IMG/VR virus record: IMGVR_UViG_3300032277_000027 | Span: 1-38,441 of that record | Source of the DNA: a virus | Taxonomy: Duplodnaviria; Caudoviricetes | Direction: 5' to 3' (one strand) | Length of the DNA: 38,441 nucleotides | In this document: piece by piece, positions 24,617-35,704 of the stretch | Layout of the letters: every line of letters starts with the position of its first letter | Position numbering within the stretch: position 1 is the stretch's first letter | Notes under the pieces: model-generated | Databases searched by the model: none | The model's input: the letters and a program-made list of their open reading frames with translations, nothing else | Told to the model about the DNA's origin: nothing | Made by a program: the position numbers and the translations under genes

Positions 24617-25809
24617 TATCCGCCTGCCAAATATCCTGCGCCCAAATTAAATAAACCGCCCATTAATGCGTTTCTTCCACTCATTTGTGAATTGTAATCG
24701 CCCATTGCATAGTTCCCTGCGGCAGTTGCCGCGCCAGTATAATCTGGCCCAGACACTTGCGGAGCTTGTCCATACGCTTGGAATTGAGGCATATTTACTT
24801 GTGATCCCGTACTAAAGGCATTGTATTCATTTAATGGCTGATTTCTTTGAGTTAATGCCTCAGATATATTTTGTCTGCGTGAATCCATACCAGTGGTAAA
24901 TTCATTCATTGAACCCTGCATTTGATTCTGAAATAAATTAATAGCCTCTGATTCAGTCATGCCTCGGCTTGCCATTTCATTAACAAATTGAGCCTGTGCA
25001 TCGCTCTGCCTCAATCCATGCTCTTGTGCTGCCTGAGAAGTTGCTGCAATATTAGCCTGCTGTCTTGCGTCTGTTTGCTTGCGGTCTAACTGCTCCATTT
25101 CTCTATTATAAGCCTCAGAGCCTTTTGGAATACCTTGAGCTATTAACTGAGCAGATTTTGTATCTCTATCACGACCTATGTCTGTATTAACACGGCTCAT
25201 CATTGCATCTACTACATCAGAGCGGGTTTTATCATAATCCCCACCCTGATATGTTGGTACATTCCCACCTATACCGGAATAGCTTGGGCCGCCATATTCT
25301 GGCGCGCTACCATCAATAGAAAATTTAGAGCCAAATGTGTCTTCCATCTGACCTAAGCCCATTAATCCTAAATCAGCCGACTTTTGCTGTGATTGCTGAC
25401 CAGTCTCAAATATTCTCTGTTGCTCTGGCGTTAATGTAGTAGTAGCAGTCCATTCATCTGTTAAGAAATCATCTCTATTTGGAGCGCCCCCAAATGATCC
25501 ATCACTTATAGTAGAGGTTGTTTGCAGTAAGTTTCTGACACCATCAGATAGTCCATTCCACTGTGCCATAGCAGCATCATAGCCTTCTTGGTCAAATCCC
25601 TGTTCAAATGTCCTTGACCCTAACGGATTATATTCATTTACGCGATTGGCTTGTGTTTGTTGTCTTGCAAGGTCTAAATTCCCTTGAGCAGTGGCTTCTG
25701 CTGCGCCCGTATAATCTGGTGCTTCAGGCAGATCAGGCCCAGATATAAAATCACCAACGCCATCAAATACATTGCTTAGACCTGGGAATATATTGTCGTA
25801 AAATGCCAT
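24616..25809 (-). CDS. Internal virion / DNA pilot (ejection) protein
   Basis: PDYTGAA, NPLGS, GIPKGSEAYNR motifs, Gln-rich body, Gly-rich C-terminus. Confidence 0.7.
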   Translation of the reverse strand: MAFYDNIFPGLSNVFDGVGDFISGPDLPEAPDYTGAAEATAQGNLDLARQQTQANRVNEYNPLGSRTFEQGFDQEGYDAAMAQWNGLSDGVRNLLQTTSTISDGSFGGAPNRDDFLTDEWTATTTLTPEQQRIFETGQQSQQKSADLGLMGLGQMEDTFGSKFSIDGSAPEYGGPSYSGIGGNVPTYQGGDYDKTRSDVVDAMMSRVNTDIGRDRDTKSAQLIAQGIPKGSEAYNREMEQLDRKQTDARQQANIAATSQAAQEHGLRQSDAQAQFVNEMASRGMTESEAINLFQNQMQGSMNEFTTGMDSRRQNISEALTQRNQPLNEYNAFSTGSQVNMPQFQAYGQAPQVSGPDYTGAATAAGNYAMGDYNSQMSGRNALMGGLFNLGAGYLAGG

Positions 25810-25894
25810 AATTGTTCTCTTTGTGAGTTATGCTAACTGAAGGAGCTGTCTGCGCCAAAGAGTTAAACCTATAATAACCTAAAATTGTAAAAAA

Positions 25895-27454
25895 TCAAAT
25901 AACGCCACCCGTTTCAAATAAATAATCGCAAGCAGTCCAATGAACTTCTAAGCTATCCGTATTAACTTTAAGCCCACCTGATACACAATAGCCAACATTA
26001 GCCGCAGGCGAAGTCCATTTCCTAACGATTTTAAGCCCGCTTGACCATAGCCCTACATCCCATTGAGACACATCCCATGAAGATGATCCTGTAGATGTAA
26101 AGCTAGAAACGCCTGTTATTTCATTGTCAGAATAATCAATATCAAATCCTGTTAAAAATGTAATATCACCGTTAACCTGAAGCAGCGGCCTGAACATTTT
26201 TATATCTTTTTGTTGAGACTGCATTCCAAAATAGTTAAAGGCAGTTTTCCCAATGGCAACAATTTCATTGCCATCATCATCCGCGCCTGACCATGCCTTT
26301 TGAACAACTGTAGATGCACCAAAATACAGCTCATCATTGTACATAGCAAAACACTCACCATCCCAATTCTCAAACTCACACCATGACCTTGTTATGGTGT
26401 TCATAACATATTGCTTATGCTGACCACCTTCAGCCACAGGAATATTAAATATTAAGGCTGATTTAAGTGGATGAATAGTACAATCCCACCCAAAATTACT
26501 ACCATAAGAACCAGCTGATAAATTAAATTCTTTTTCTATCTTATCTGTTAAAGATACCCGTTCATCTATTTTGGCTGTTTTTAATGCTTCACTTAGGGGG
26601 TATCCCCCGTTTTGTGTTAATGCTATCAAGTCACCACCAAATTGAATAAACGACCTTCTTCCAAGTGGCTTTCCAAGAAAATAAGTGCCTATCCTTGTCC
26701 AATTCGCAGCCGTTGACGGGTCAGTACCACGGTATATAATTGCCTCACCCTGAGAGGTCATAAATACAATGTGGTCATTTTGTCCATCGCCTCCGTCAAA
26801 TGTCCAAGTAGCAGCCCACATCAAATAGCCGCCCAAATTAGCAAATGATGATAAGTCAAAAGCAGTTAGAGCGCCACCAGCCGCGCCAGCAGCTAAGTAT
26901 TCAAACTCTAAACTGTTATTTTTAAGAAAAAATAATCTACCATTATATTCGGTAACATTGACCAAATCAGTTAATGTAGCACCAGATAACGCTGGACTAG
27001 AAACACCTGTTATAAGCGTCCATGTCGTACCATTATAATAATAGGGCGCATCAACACCATTAACCATGATTAAATAGTTATTAGTTCCATCACCAAAATT
27101 AATAGTCTGCCATCTACCATTAGTAACAGTTAATGTTTCTGCTGTGGCAGCGCCAGGTGAGCTTGCATCATATACATCAGTAGAGGTGCAAGCGAACATA
27201 TTATTAGTGCCATCCATACCATTATAAATAGCTAATGTCTCAGTTGTTCCCGTTATACCTGTAGAATATGCAGAATTACCGCCCCTTAATACACAGTCTG
27301 TAGTTGTAGGGAACCAGTTAACTAACTTAATAGCGTCTTGTGGTGGCATTGAAGCAATAGAGTTTTTAGCATTCCAGCCGCCCAATGGTGCAGGAACACT
27401 CTGAACTTGAGAAACTTGCGCTCTAGGGCCTTTTGTTCTTATTGGCCGCCTCAT
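25895..27454 (-). CDS. Tail nozzle / packaged-DNA stabilization protein (P22 gp10 / T7 gp12-like)
   Basis: PAPLGGWNA N-terminus, beta-propeller-like composition, position after the adaptor gene. Confidence 0.8.
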   Translation of the reverse strand: MRRPIRTKGPRAQVSQVQSVPAPLGGWNAKNSIASMPPQDAIKLVNWFPTTTDCVLRGGNSAYSTGITGTTETLAIYNGMDGTNNMFACTSTDVYDASSPGAATAETLTVTNGRWQTINFGDGTNNYLIMVNGVDAPYYYNGTTWTLITGVSSPALSGATLTDLVNVTEYNGRLFFLKNNSLEFEYLAAGAAGGALTAFDLSSFANLGGYLMWAATWTFDGGDGQNDHIVFMTSQGEAIIYRGTDPSTAANWTRIGTYFLGKPLGRRSFIQFGGDLIALTQNGGYPLSEALKTAKIDERVSLTDKIEKEFNLSAGSYGSNFGWDCTIHPLKSALIFNIPVAEGGQHKQYVMNTITRSWCEFENWDGECFAMYNDELYFGASTVVQKAWSGADDDGNEIVAIGKTAFNYFGMQSQQKDIKMFRPLLQVNGDITFLTGFDIDYSDNEITGVSSFTSTGSSSWDVSQWDVGLWSSGLKIVRKWTSPAANVGYCVSGGLKVNTDSLEVHWTACDYLFETGGVI

Positions 27455-28158
27455 ACGTTAAAGCTGCCATCTGGCACATATACGCGAGGTTGAGGCGAGT
27501 AATTGCCTTCAGACATATTGATATTACGCCTCATTGAATCGCTGGATAATGCTTTTGATACCATTTGTTCATAAGTATTAAAGTCTTCAGCATACTCTAG
27601 ACCTTTCTCTTTCTTCCATCGCCATCTAAGGCCCATCATTATTATTTTTTCAGGGAAAAGAAATGTATCTGTATCTAAATTAAAATACTGACTGTAGGTT
27701 GTGCCATCAGCACCTAATATCCAGTTTTCAGAGATATATTCAAACGCCCATGTATGCCCTGCTGCTGGCACTGGGTTACATAAAAGATTGCCACCTCTAA
27801 ATCTTGCCTGATAACGTGGGCCAGTAACTTCAATTGCTTTTACTTGTTGCCAGTCAGTAGCGTCAATAACATAAACAGGCAGCCTTAAATCTCTATCCCA
27901 TATTGTATTATCTTTTATATAAGCAAATCCGTTAGAAGCAATAGTCTGAATAGAGCCTTGATCCTCTGTCGCTATCGTTGTATGGGTTGCCTCATTGGTT
28001 AAAGCCTGCCAATCTCCTCTTGTTGCTAGCTCTTGGCCTTCTTCTTCCAATAAAGCTAATGCTTGCAATACTTGCTCATCCGTAGAACCTAGTACAGTTG
28101 TTGGAACAGGTATGTTTGTTCGCTTGCAAAAATTCTGGATAAGTTCAAGCATTGCCAT
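27451..28158 (-). CDS. Head-tail adaptor (tail tubular protein A-like)
   Basis: Size, position and GLRWRWKKEKGLEYAED motif. Confidence 0.75.
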   Translation of the reverse strand: MAMLELIQNFCKRTNIPVPTTVLGSTDEQVLQALALLEEEGQELATRGDWQALTNEATHTTIATEDQGSIQTIASNGFAYIKDNTIWDRDLRLPVYVIDATDWQQVKAIEVTGPRYQARFRGGNLLCNPVPAAGHTWAFEYISENWILGADGTTYSQYFNLDTDTFLFPEKIIMMGLRWRWKKEKGLEYAEDFNTYEQMVSKALSSDSMRRNINMSEGNYSPQPRVYVPDGSFNV

Positions 28159-28162
28159 GAGT

Positions 28163-28957
28163 TTACTCCGCTAATTTCTTTCTAAGGGTTTCTTTACTAG
28201 TATTCCAGTGAGGTTTTTTTCCAAACTTTTGCTCATATTGGAGCTTTAAAGTATCAATAGATTCGCTACCTTTCTGGACATCGTTTAATCCAATATCTAT
28301 AATCTCTGGCTCAGGTGTTATATCAGCCATAGTAATAACATTAGTAGGCTCTACATGTGCTGGTTGAGCAGGCGCTTCGCCTGTTTCTAATTGCGCCCTA
28401 TAAGATTGATTCTTTAATACCAAGCTTTCATTTTGAGTTTTAAGAGCTGCATTTTCTTGCTCTAACGCTGTAACCCTCATTGTTAACGGGCCATGATCGC
28501 TTGTTGCTTGCAGCCATGCTTGAGCCTTTTTCTTCAATCCTAATGCACCCATTCCAATACGAGATAATCCTTCGTCATTGGCCTGAGCTAAATCTTCAAC
28601 TGTGCGAATATTTGCATATAGTAATGATTCGCATTGAGCAGGGCTTAATAATGTCCAGCCTTTAATAGGAATCCCGTCTTCAGGTATCTCATTTCCTTTC
28701 TTCCAAGAATCTGCCTTAGCCTGCCATGCTTCAACCCATTTAGGGTTCATGCGGCCATTGCGGGCATTCATTTTGGCCTTGCCTAGCCATGCTTCCAACT
28801 CTTCTTCGTGAAGGTCTTTAGAGCCAGGAGGCGTTACTAACGCATAATTAACATCTTTTGATACATAGTGACCAGCTTTAATAGAAGCGTCTCTATCTTC
28901 TACTGCGCGTGTCTCAAAAATTACATAAGGTGGTCTTTCTTCTTCTGCTGTCAGCAT
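28163..28957 (-). CDS. Conserved podophage protein with an HhH-like IRTVEDLA..D..L..IGMG motif
   Basis: Lies between the capsid and adaptor genes. C-terminal GKKPHWN.S.ETLR.KL module. Confidence 0.7.
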   Translation of the reverse strand: MLTAEEERPPYVIFETRAVEDRDASIKAGHYVSKDVNYALVTPPGSKDLHEEELEAWLGKAKMNARNGRMNPKWVEAWQAKADSWKKGNEIPEDGIPIKGWTLLSPAQCESLLYANIRTVEDLAQANDEGLSRIGMGALGLKKKAQAWLQATSDHGPLTMRVTALEQENAALKTQNESLVLKNQSYRAQLETGEAPAQPAHVEPTNVITMADITPEPEIIDIGLNDVQKGSESIDTLKLQYEQKFGKKPHWNTSKETLRKKLAE

Positions 28958-28983
28958 TATTTTATTCCTGTCTGGAAGTTATT

Positions 28984-29006
28984 AAAAGAAAGCCCCCGAA
29001 GGGGCT
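28984..29006 (-). terminator. Intrinsic terminator after the capsid genes
   Basis: AGCCCC-TTCG-GGGGCT (UUCG tetraloop) followed by TTCTTTT on the minus strand. Confidence 0.88.
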
Positions 29007-29014
29007 AACCTAGT

Positions 29015-29470
29015 TTAGCGAGGGAACATACATAAAAGTTCATTCGCACTTGCATCACCTGCAAAACCACATACTGCACTTGTAGCTGCCACAATTACAT
29101 CTAATGTGCCATCACCTGCGCCAGTCGGGGTCATTGGGTCGCCATCTGCACCCGCTGTAAAAGCAATACTTAGTGTAGCTGGGCCTTCAATTTGAATCCA
29201 ACCAAACTCATTATCACTTAATGTTGCTTGCAATACACCTGCGCCAACTTCATCAGAAGCAGATAAATCGCTTGTTACATCGTTAGCAGCATAACCTGTT
29301 GCTGCAACATAATAAGCTACTTCACCTGCAACACCATCAGTTGCCGCTGCTTCTTCAGAATAAGTAATGTATTTATATACTTTACCATCCTGCATTTCTG
29401 CAATTGTACCAAGAGTAAATTGCGCTGTTGTATCTACGCGGTCTAATACCACGCCTGCTATAAAGGACAT
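29015..29470 (-). CDS. Capsid decoration/cement protein
   Basis: Follows the major capsid gene before the terminator. FGWIQIEG motif. Confidence 0.7.
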   Translation of the reverse strand: MSFIAGVVLDRVDTTAQFTLGTIAEMQDGKVYKYITYSEEAAATDGVAGEVAYYVAATGYAANDVTSDLSASDEVGAGVLQATLSDNEFGWIQIEGPATLSIAFTAGADGDPMTPTGAGDGTLDVIVAATSAVCGFAGDASANELLCMFPR

Positions 29471-29483
29471 AATAGTCTCCTAA

Positions 29484-30467
29484 TTAGGCTTTAAATACGC
29501 CTTGTTGTGCGCGGTTAGAGCATTCTAAGTTACCCATCCACAAAATAGGTGTAATAACACCATCTTGATTGATAGGACGTTGGTCTTCCACAATCTCAAG
29601 GTCTGCATCTTTATGAACACAAAGACCAAAATAGTCAGTGTTAATCATATAGCCGTGAGCAGTAGGAATACCAGAGTTACCATCGTGCATAACATCAGCA
29701 TTCTTATACTTCAAGCTTACAAAGCCGCCTTGAGCCTTATCTGCATCCATATATCGCTTGATTGATACCTGGCTATTTTCATAGAACTGGTAGTAATCAT
29801 TAGACATAACAATTAAGTCAGGCGCGTCTGAAGGGCCACGATCAAGCTCTAGCCATAAAGGCAGCATGATTTCGTTTTCAATGGTTGTTTCTGAAACAGT
29901 TACCGCACCACCGCCCTGTAAAGGAGCCGCAGCAGATTGAACTGTATTACGCCAGAAAGCATTAGCCGCAGTAGTTGAGTTAATACCACCTACTGTGCCT
30001 TGACCTGAGTCAGCGATAATAGCCTGAAGACCATTGATCTGATTTGAAGCTGTACCATCAGAATATAAATCACTTGAGAAATTATTGTTATAAGTTCTAA
30101 GCGCATTCTTAATACGGCTTTTAGCCAGATTGATGATTTTAGATTCACCGGAGTTAATACGAAGTTCACGACCTGATGCAACTACATTAATTGCAACTTG
30201 ACGCCATTGGTATTCCGCTGCACTAATTACCTCAGATGCAGAAATATCTAGAATATCCCAATCGCTATAACGTTGGTAGGTTGAGTTTTCAGCGTAATCA
30301 AGCGGACAAGCAATTGTTAAGCCGCCATCTTCAGTGCGCTGGTTGCCTTTCTTCATCATATATTTCAGAAAAGCGTTACGGTTAGAAACGTTATCTTTAA
30401 TTTCTTTCCGATGTTTACGGAAGGTAGTTGATACCAGTTCCGTGAATGTACTATTTGGGGATGCCAT
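29484..30467 (-). CDS. Major capsid protein
   Basis: 327 aa, after the scaffold gene. ELVSTT...DNV, GL.AII and GTVGGIN motifs of HK97-fold podophage capsids. Confidence 0.9.
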   Translation of the reverse strand: MASPNSTFTELVSTTFRKHRKEIKDNVSNRNAFLKYMMKKGNQRTEDGGLTIACPLDYAENSTYQRYSDWDILDISASEVISAAEYQWRQVAINVVASGRELRINSGESKIINLAKSRIKNALRTYNNNFSSDLYSDGTASNQINGLQAIIADSGQGTVGGINSTTAANAFWRNTVQSAAAPLQGGGAVTVSETTIENEIMLPLWLELDRGPSDAPDLIVMSNDYYQFYENSQVSIKRYMDADKAQGGFVSLKYKNADVMHDGNSGIPTAHGYMINTDYFGLCVHKDADLEIVEDQRPINQDGVITPILWMGNLECSNRAQQGVFKA

Positions 30468-30477
30468 AATTTAGCTC

Positions 30478-31506
30478 CTAATGTGAACGTGATTGAATAT
30501 CTTTAAATGTCTCTCTCATTGTGTCTTCCATCGTTCCATTAGACGCTGTAGGCGCTTTTTTGGTGTTTCGACCTCTGACATTTGTCTTTGAAGCTTTCTT
30601 AGCCTTCGAGACTTCCTGTTTGTTCTTCTCAGCTTCTTTGGCAGCTTTGTCTTGTTGGACGCGCTCCATTTCTTTCTGACGAGTTACAGGATTTGCCCAT
30701 ACTGCTTTTTCATAAGCGCCTTCTAAATCATCACCACTATTTATAAATGCGACAATCTGGTCAGACACTTCATCGAAGTAAGGATGAGCAGGGTCTTCAG
30801 CAAAAGCAGTTATACTCTTATTAACCTTTGATACTTCGGCATCATATACCTTTTTCTCATTAGCCTGAATATGACCTTTTAAGCTGTTAAGTTCATTTTG
30901 CATGTTTTGTACTACGGGGTCAACTTCTTGACCTTCTTGAGCTGGCCCTAGCGTTACACCATACTCTTGCGCCATTTGCTGAAATGCGGCTTGTTTAGCT
31001 TCAGGGGTTCCAGAAGATAGCTTATGATGGGCATTTAACATGAATTGCAATACTTGTGGTGCTGTTGCCCCATTTTGTTGCTCTATATGATCTAGCATAG
31101 GCTTAAATGGCTGCAAAGCATCACGCATTGATCTGCCTAGCGTAGAATCTTCTTTATTTAACTCTAAGCCTTCGCGCATTTGAGACTCGCGTAATTCAAT
31201 ATAATCTTGTACTTCAGGCTCTAATGCACTAAATTTTTCGTGCATGTCCTTTTTCCATGACTGAGGGGGCGCTTTAGCTGCAATAGGCTCAGGTGCTTCT
31301 TCTTCATTGATTTCTAGCTCACCTGGCTCATCTTCAGGTATTTCTGCTGGCTCATCTTCTTCATACTCAGCTTCTTCTGGTTCCGAGTTAGGAAATAGAT
31401 CATTCGACATAGTGTCTAATGCTGAATCCATATCAATACCACTATCAGTAGACTCTGTTGATTCTACTGCTTCTGTACCGCTGTCTGCGATTGCTTCTTC
31501 ACTCAT
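30478..31506 (-). CDS. Capsid scaffolding protein
   Basis: Acidic N-terminus, APPQSWKK and AYEKAVWANP motifs, directly upstream of the major capsid gene. Confidence 0.85.
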   Translation of the reverse strand: MSEEAIADSGTEAVESTESTDSGIDMDSALDTMSNDLFPNSEPEEAEYEEDEPAEIPEDEPGELEINEEEAPEPIAAKAPPQSWKKDMHEKFSALEPEVQDYIELRESQMREGLELNKEDSTLGRSMRDALQPFKPMLDHIEQQNGATAPQVLQFMLNAHHKLSSGTPEAKQAAFQQMAQEYGVTLGPAQEGQEVDPVVQNMQNELNSLKGHIQANEKKVYDAEVSKVNKSITAFAEDPAHPYFDEVSDQIVAFINSGDDLEGAYEKAVWANPVTRQKEMERVQQDKAAKEAEKNKQEVSKAKKASKTNVRGRNTKKAPTASNGTMEDTMRETFKDIQSRSH

Positions 31507-31520
31507 TGTTAGCTCCTCAG

Positions 31521-31904
31521 CTATTGTCGATCTACACTTAAATCTGCGCCTGCCCTCAACTCCTGCTCTAATGAGCCTTGCTGGTCAGAGGACATATTTC
31601 TAATTGTTTTCTCTACTTCTCTGTCAACCTGTAATTCAAGCTTAGCATTTTCATTCTTTACATTTCTTTCTGATTCAGCAACCATACTTGGATCATATTC
31701 AACGCAGTTGCTTTCCTTCATATCTTCATTTCTGGCCGCATGATTTGTTATTGTTCGCCCTGTGGTTGGCGATTCATACGGATCAAAAAAACGATTAATA
31801 ATGTTTGATCTTGGCTTTGTTCTCTGTTTAGGCTCCCCAAACTTCTCTACATATTCACTATAAGGGTAAAGTTTTCCGTCTTCTGAGTTTTGTATATATC
31901 TCAT
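31521..31904 (-). CDS. Conserved hypothetical protein between portal and scaffold
   Basis: PYESPTTGRTIT...R.EDMK..NC motif. Confidence 0.75.
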   Translation of the reverse strand: MRYIQNSEDGKLYPYSEYVEKFGEPKQRTKPRSNIINRFFDPYESPTTGRTITNHAARNEDMKESNCVEYDPSMVAESERNVKNENAKLELQVDREVEKTIRNMSSDQQGSLEQELRAGADLSVDRQ

Positions 31905-34153
31905 TCTTTACTCCTATATGGCTCTGGTGCGCCTTCTATACACCCTGCCTGATTAATGTCACTGGCAATATCTTTCATATGCTGTGCATGTTTATCAAGC
32001 ATAGATTGCTGTCTACGCTCAGAATCCTTAACAACTGATTTTAGTTTTTCGTTAGCTTCCATTTGATCTGCATCAAGTCTTATTTTATTAATGGCATCCT
32101 GCATCTTTATTTTTTCAACTGCTAGTTTCTGCTCAAAATCAAATTTCATCTTATCTGCTGCAAGCTTATTAAATTCAGCATCCAATTGCTTGCCCGCTTT
32201 CTCTTGTTCAGCTTTGAATTGCTCAGTTGCTTGCTTTTTCTCCTGCTCAAACTTTTGTCTTTCCTTCTGTAACTTCTGGCCTTCAGCTTGCAGTTTCTTC
32301 TGCATTTCCTCTGATTTTGGATCAGCTTGAGGCTTAGGCTCCTGCATTGAATTAATTTGGTCTTCAACATCATCGCCAAATCTAAAGCGCCTTGTGATCT
32401 GTATTAGCATAGATTTAGCTGCGCCAAACGGCATAATACCCTGCTGAATAAGTGGGCCAATTCCATTCATAAACTGAGCCATTGCATTCATAAACTCAGC
32501 AACCATCTGCTTATCTTCAGTTGCCTCAGCCTCTAATGTTGAATTAGTCTCAATATCAACTTTAAATGATCTAATGTAATCGTCTTGCAAAAACTCAAGT
32601 ATCTCTTCCCATGAAGGGCTTTGAGCTGATTGAACTAATTTAGGATCAGGCTTAAATGGAGGGGGAGGCGGTACTTGTTGGCCCTGCTGTTGTGCTGCCT
32701 GCATTTGAGGGGCCATTTCAGCTATTTTAGCTTTATGTTCCTGCTCCTGCATTTGTAGCATTTGCTGTGCTTTTTGCTTATTCTCAGCACTTGGATAAGG
32801 TAATCCGGTCGTTTTAGCCCATGTTTCGGCAGAAAGCTTATTAACCGCTACATCGAGCATAATTCTCAGTGAGTCACGCGCATAGTCCTGAACACGCTTT
32901 TGAAGACGCTTAAGACGCATTGTGCCCCAAGATTCTTTAAGTTTTTGTGCGCCTAATGTCTCAGATGCTTTAGTTGATCCACGAATAACATCAGATATAC
33001 CTGTTATTTCATAAATAACCTGCTTACATGACTCACGAGCTGTATATAACTCTCTTAATACATTAACCAATAGCTCTAATGGCATAAACCAGATAGCTTT
33101 ACTAAATCCGCCCTCTGCTAAAGCTTGCCCTTTGGTTGTGGGTACTAGCTCATTATCTTCGCCATCCATGATTTCCTCTAATTCATCACCTAAAGCGCCA
33201 TCATAAGCACCACGTACTTTAATTGCCTTCACTACCTTGTTGATTCGGCCTTGAATAACGTTTAATTCATGCGCTTGATTCTTATAGATTGTATATAAAG
33301 CTGTAGGCATTAAATCATTTGCTTTCTCAATAAACTGCATAGGTCGAGGGCAATTAAAGAACCCTGTGATGCCTAATTCATCATCTTGAACTAATAAATA
33401 CTTATTTTTATCCTGTGGCGAGATATAACGAATCTTTCTATCTTTTTTATCCCATATTTGATAAATAAGTGCGGTTTCTTTATCGCCTATATTATTTTCT
33501 GACTCGTCAGTATCGTCGCTGTCTGATTCTTCGCCTTCTGTAAACTCTAATTTATCTGTTTTAAGTGATAAATCATCACATTCATCTTCTGATAAATGAA
33601 GCTCATAAGCTACCCACGGCACATCTTCCCATTTAAGGGCGTATCCATAGAAAACACGATCCCATTTCTTTGCATCAAGACAAACAGTCTCATATTCTAC
33701 TTTCTCAGTAGATTCCGTTTTCTCTTCTTCATTAGCAGGCTCGCCTGAGATCATCGCTTCATATTCAATACATGAAGTGCCTCTACCTGGGAGTAAAGCA
33801 TCTAATGTTACAGATTGTATTGTATTCTCGAATCTCGCATACCCATCTACATTCGTATCAAGCAGATATTCAAGCATTCGAGTAGCAGATTTTGATCCCG
33901 CAACGACTAAAGGACTTTCTTCAGTGGAAAACCGTCTTTTAACGACAGGTCTTGGTGATTGAGAGAATACAGCGGGGAGTAATGTTTCAGTGTTTGAGAA
34001 AAGGATATTAAATGGGATAAGCTGTGGATCATCACCATTATATATTTCAAGTATGTCCTGACCGTCTTTAAGATAATCTTTTTCGCGCTTCTGAGCGTCT
34101 TTTATCTCATTTAGCCATTTTTGGACAACTGTTTTCGTTTCTTTTTCAGCCAT
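31901..34153 (-). CDS. Portal protein
   Basis: 750 aa, after TerL. FNILFSNTETLLPA and IYEITGISDVIRG motifs, Gln/Pro-rich coiled-coil C-terminal barrel. Confidence 0.9.
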   Translation of the reverse strand: MAEKETKTVVQKWLNEIKDAQKREKDYLKDGQDILEIYNGDDPQLIPFNILFSNTETLLPAVFSQSPRPVVKRRFSTEESPLVVAGSKSATRMLEYLLDTNVDGYARFENTIQSVTLDALLPGRGTSCIEYEAMISGEPANEEEKTESTEKVEYETVCLDAKKWDRVFYGYALKWEDVPWVAYELHLSEDECDDLSLKTDKLEFTEGEESDSDDTDESENNIGDKETALIYQIWDKKDRKIRYISPQDKNKYLLVQDDELGITGFFNCPRPMQFIEKANDLMPTALYTIYKNQAHELNVIQGRINKVVKAIKVRGAYDGALGDELEEIMDGEDNELVPTTKGQALAEGGFSKAIWFMPLELLVNVLRELYTARESCKQVIYEITGISDVIRGSTKASETLGAQKLKESWGTMRLKRLQKRVQDYARDSLRIMLDVAVNKLSAETWAKTTGLPYPSAENKQKAQQMLQMQEQEHKAKIAEMAPQMQAAQQQGQQVPPPPPFKPDPKLVQSAQSPSWEEILEFLQDDYIRSFKVDIETNSTLEAEATEDKQMVAEFMNAMAQFMNGIGPLIQQGIMPFGAAKSMLIQITRRFRFGDDVEDQINSMQEPKPQADPKSEEMQKKLQAEGQKLQKERQKFEQEKKQATEQFKAEQEKAGKQLDAEFNKLAADKMKFDFEQKLAVEKIKMQDAINKIRLDADQMEANEKLKSVVKDSERRQQSMLDKHAQHMKDIASDINQAGCIEGAPEPYRSKE

Positions 34154-34162
34154 ATTAATTCT

Positions 34163-35704
34163 CTAGAATTTATTGCGCTCTTTACGCTTCTTTTTGAAGT
34201 GCTGGTCTCTTATTGTGCCAAAGTTTACATTAACTATGTTACCTGCTGCAAACTTTTCAGCCTGTGACTGCTCGATCTTACCCTTACTAGGTGCAAAGGC
34301 TTGATCCAATATGCGACCAAATAACCCGCACACGTCTACTTTATCGTCTTTAAAGTTAGTATTAGGGATAAATTTAACTAACTGAGTTAACAGCTCATCC
34401 CCCCATTCAGTATTAGGGATATAAACCTTGCCCAATGAGGCTAAAGCCTGAAATGATCGCGCATTAGCTGCTTTATCGCCAACATGCGGCATCCATTCAA
34501 TTCTAAAATAGGTATCTGATTCAGACATTTGTTTCTTCAAAAAAGGTTCAACTGCACGTCTTATAACGCCCACCTCTGCCAGCCATACATTAGGTTTATG
34601 TCTATTTGCTAACCTTAATTGTTCTTCAATCCATTTATCAGGTGTTGTTTGCCCATGCCACCAATCAGTAAAGTACAAATCATGATCTATATCAAATCCA
34701 CCTATACCATGTTCTGTTGCATCCCCCGCCCCTTCACTCACCGCATAGTCAGACGCACCATAAATACTTAGAGGCGGCTCATCACCTAAGTTATATCGTT
34801 TGAACCACTCACGTTTAAAGAATACACCGGAATCAGGTTGTGGTGTTTGTTGATATAACGAGTTCCAGTTACGATAATCTTTAGATGTTTGAATAGACTT
34901 GGTTTCTTCCCAAAACTCTTTATGAAAATAATCAAGCCATAACCATTCGCCTACTTCACGCCCTAATATATCATTCTCACGCGCTTGGGCAGGCAGACAG
35001 ATAACACGCCACATCTGTTTATCAAATCCCTCAAACTCTCCGCTTTCTCCATTCCAATCATCGGGCAATATGCGGCCACTTAGATCATCTTCATGCCATC
35101 TTGTTTGTATAATAACTTGTGCAGAATTAGGCTTTAAACGAGTTAAAAAGTCAGCTCGATACCAATCCCACGTTTCATCACGTACTAATTCAGAATCAGC
35201 CTCTTTTCGCCCTTTTACCGGATCATCAATAATACCAAATGATGCACGACGACCTGTAACACCTGAGCCAACACCGCAAGCAAAGTAACTACCGCCTAAC
35301 TGTGTTTCCCACTCACCTTTTGCTCTTGAATCTTCAGATAAGGTTGTTTCAAATAATTCTGAATAATCACTGCTAGTAACTATATTCCTCACTTTACGAC
35401 CAAACGCAGTCGCTAACCCTTCACCATAAGAGCCACAAATAATAGATTTAGTAGGGAAACGACCTAAAAAGTAAGACGGGAATTTAACAGATGAATAAGT
35501 AGATTTAGCACTACCAGGCGGCATAAAGACCATTAAACGCCTACAACGTCCTTCAATAACATCATCTAAAGCATCACACAGTATTTCATGGTGAGTAGCA
35601 GGGGGTTCATCAGGGGATATGTATCGGCAATAGTCACTGAACTTAATACGTGCATTACGCCTCGATTGAAGTATTAACGCTGCTTGTTCTTCAGTGATAA
35701 CCAT
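34163..35704 (-). CDS. terL: Terminase large subunit
   Basis: Walker A MPPGSAKS, GVTGRRA, Walker B IIDDP, QTRWHEDDL, nuclease DDKVD. Confidence 0.96.
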   Translation of the reverse strand: MVITEEQAALILQSRRNARIKFSDYCRYISPDEPPATHHEILCDALDDVIEGRCRRLMVFMPPGSAKSTYSSVKFPSYFLGRFPTKSIICGSYGEGLATAFGRKVRNIVTSSDYSELFETTLSEDSRAKGEWETQLGGSYFACGVGSGVTGRRASFGIIDDPVKGRKEADSELVRDETWDWYRADFLTRLKPNSAQVIIQTRWHEDDLSGRILPDDWNGESGEFEGFDKQMWRVICLPAQARENDILGREVGEWLWLDYFHKEFWEETKSIQTSKDYRNWNSLYQQTPQPDSGVFFKREWFKRYNLGDEPPLSIYGASDYAVSEGAGDATEHGIGGFDIDHDLYFTDWWHGQTTPDKWIEEQLRLANRHKPNVWLAEVGVIRRAVEPFLKKQMSESDTYFRIEWMPHVGDKAANARSFQALASLGKVYIPNTEWGDELLTQLVKFIPNTNFKDDKVDVCGLFGRILDQAFAPSKGKIEQSQAEKFAAGNIVNVNFGTIRDQHFKKKRKERNKF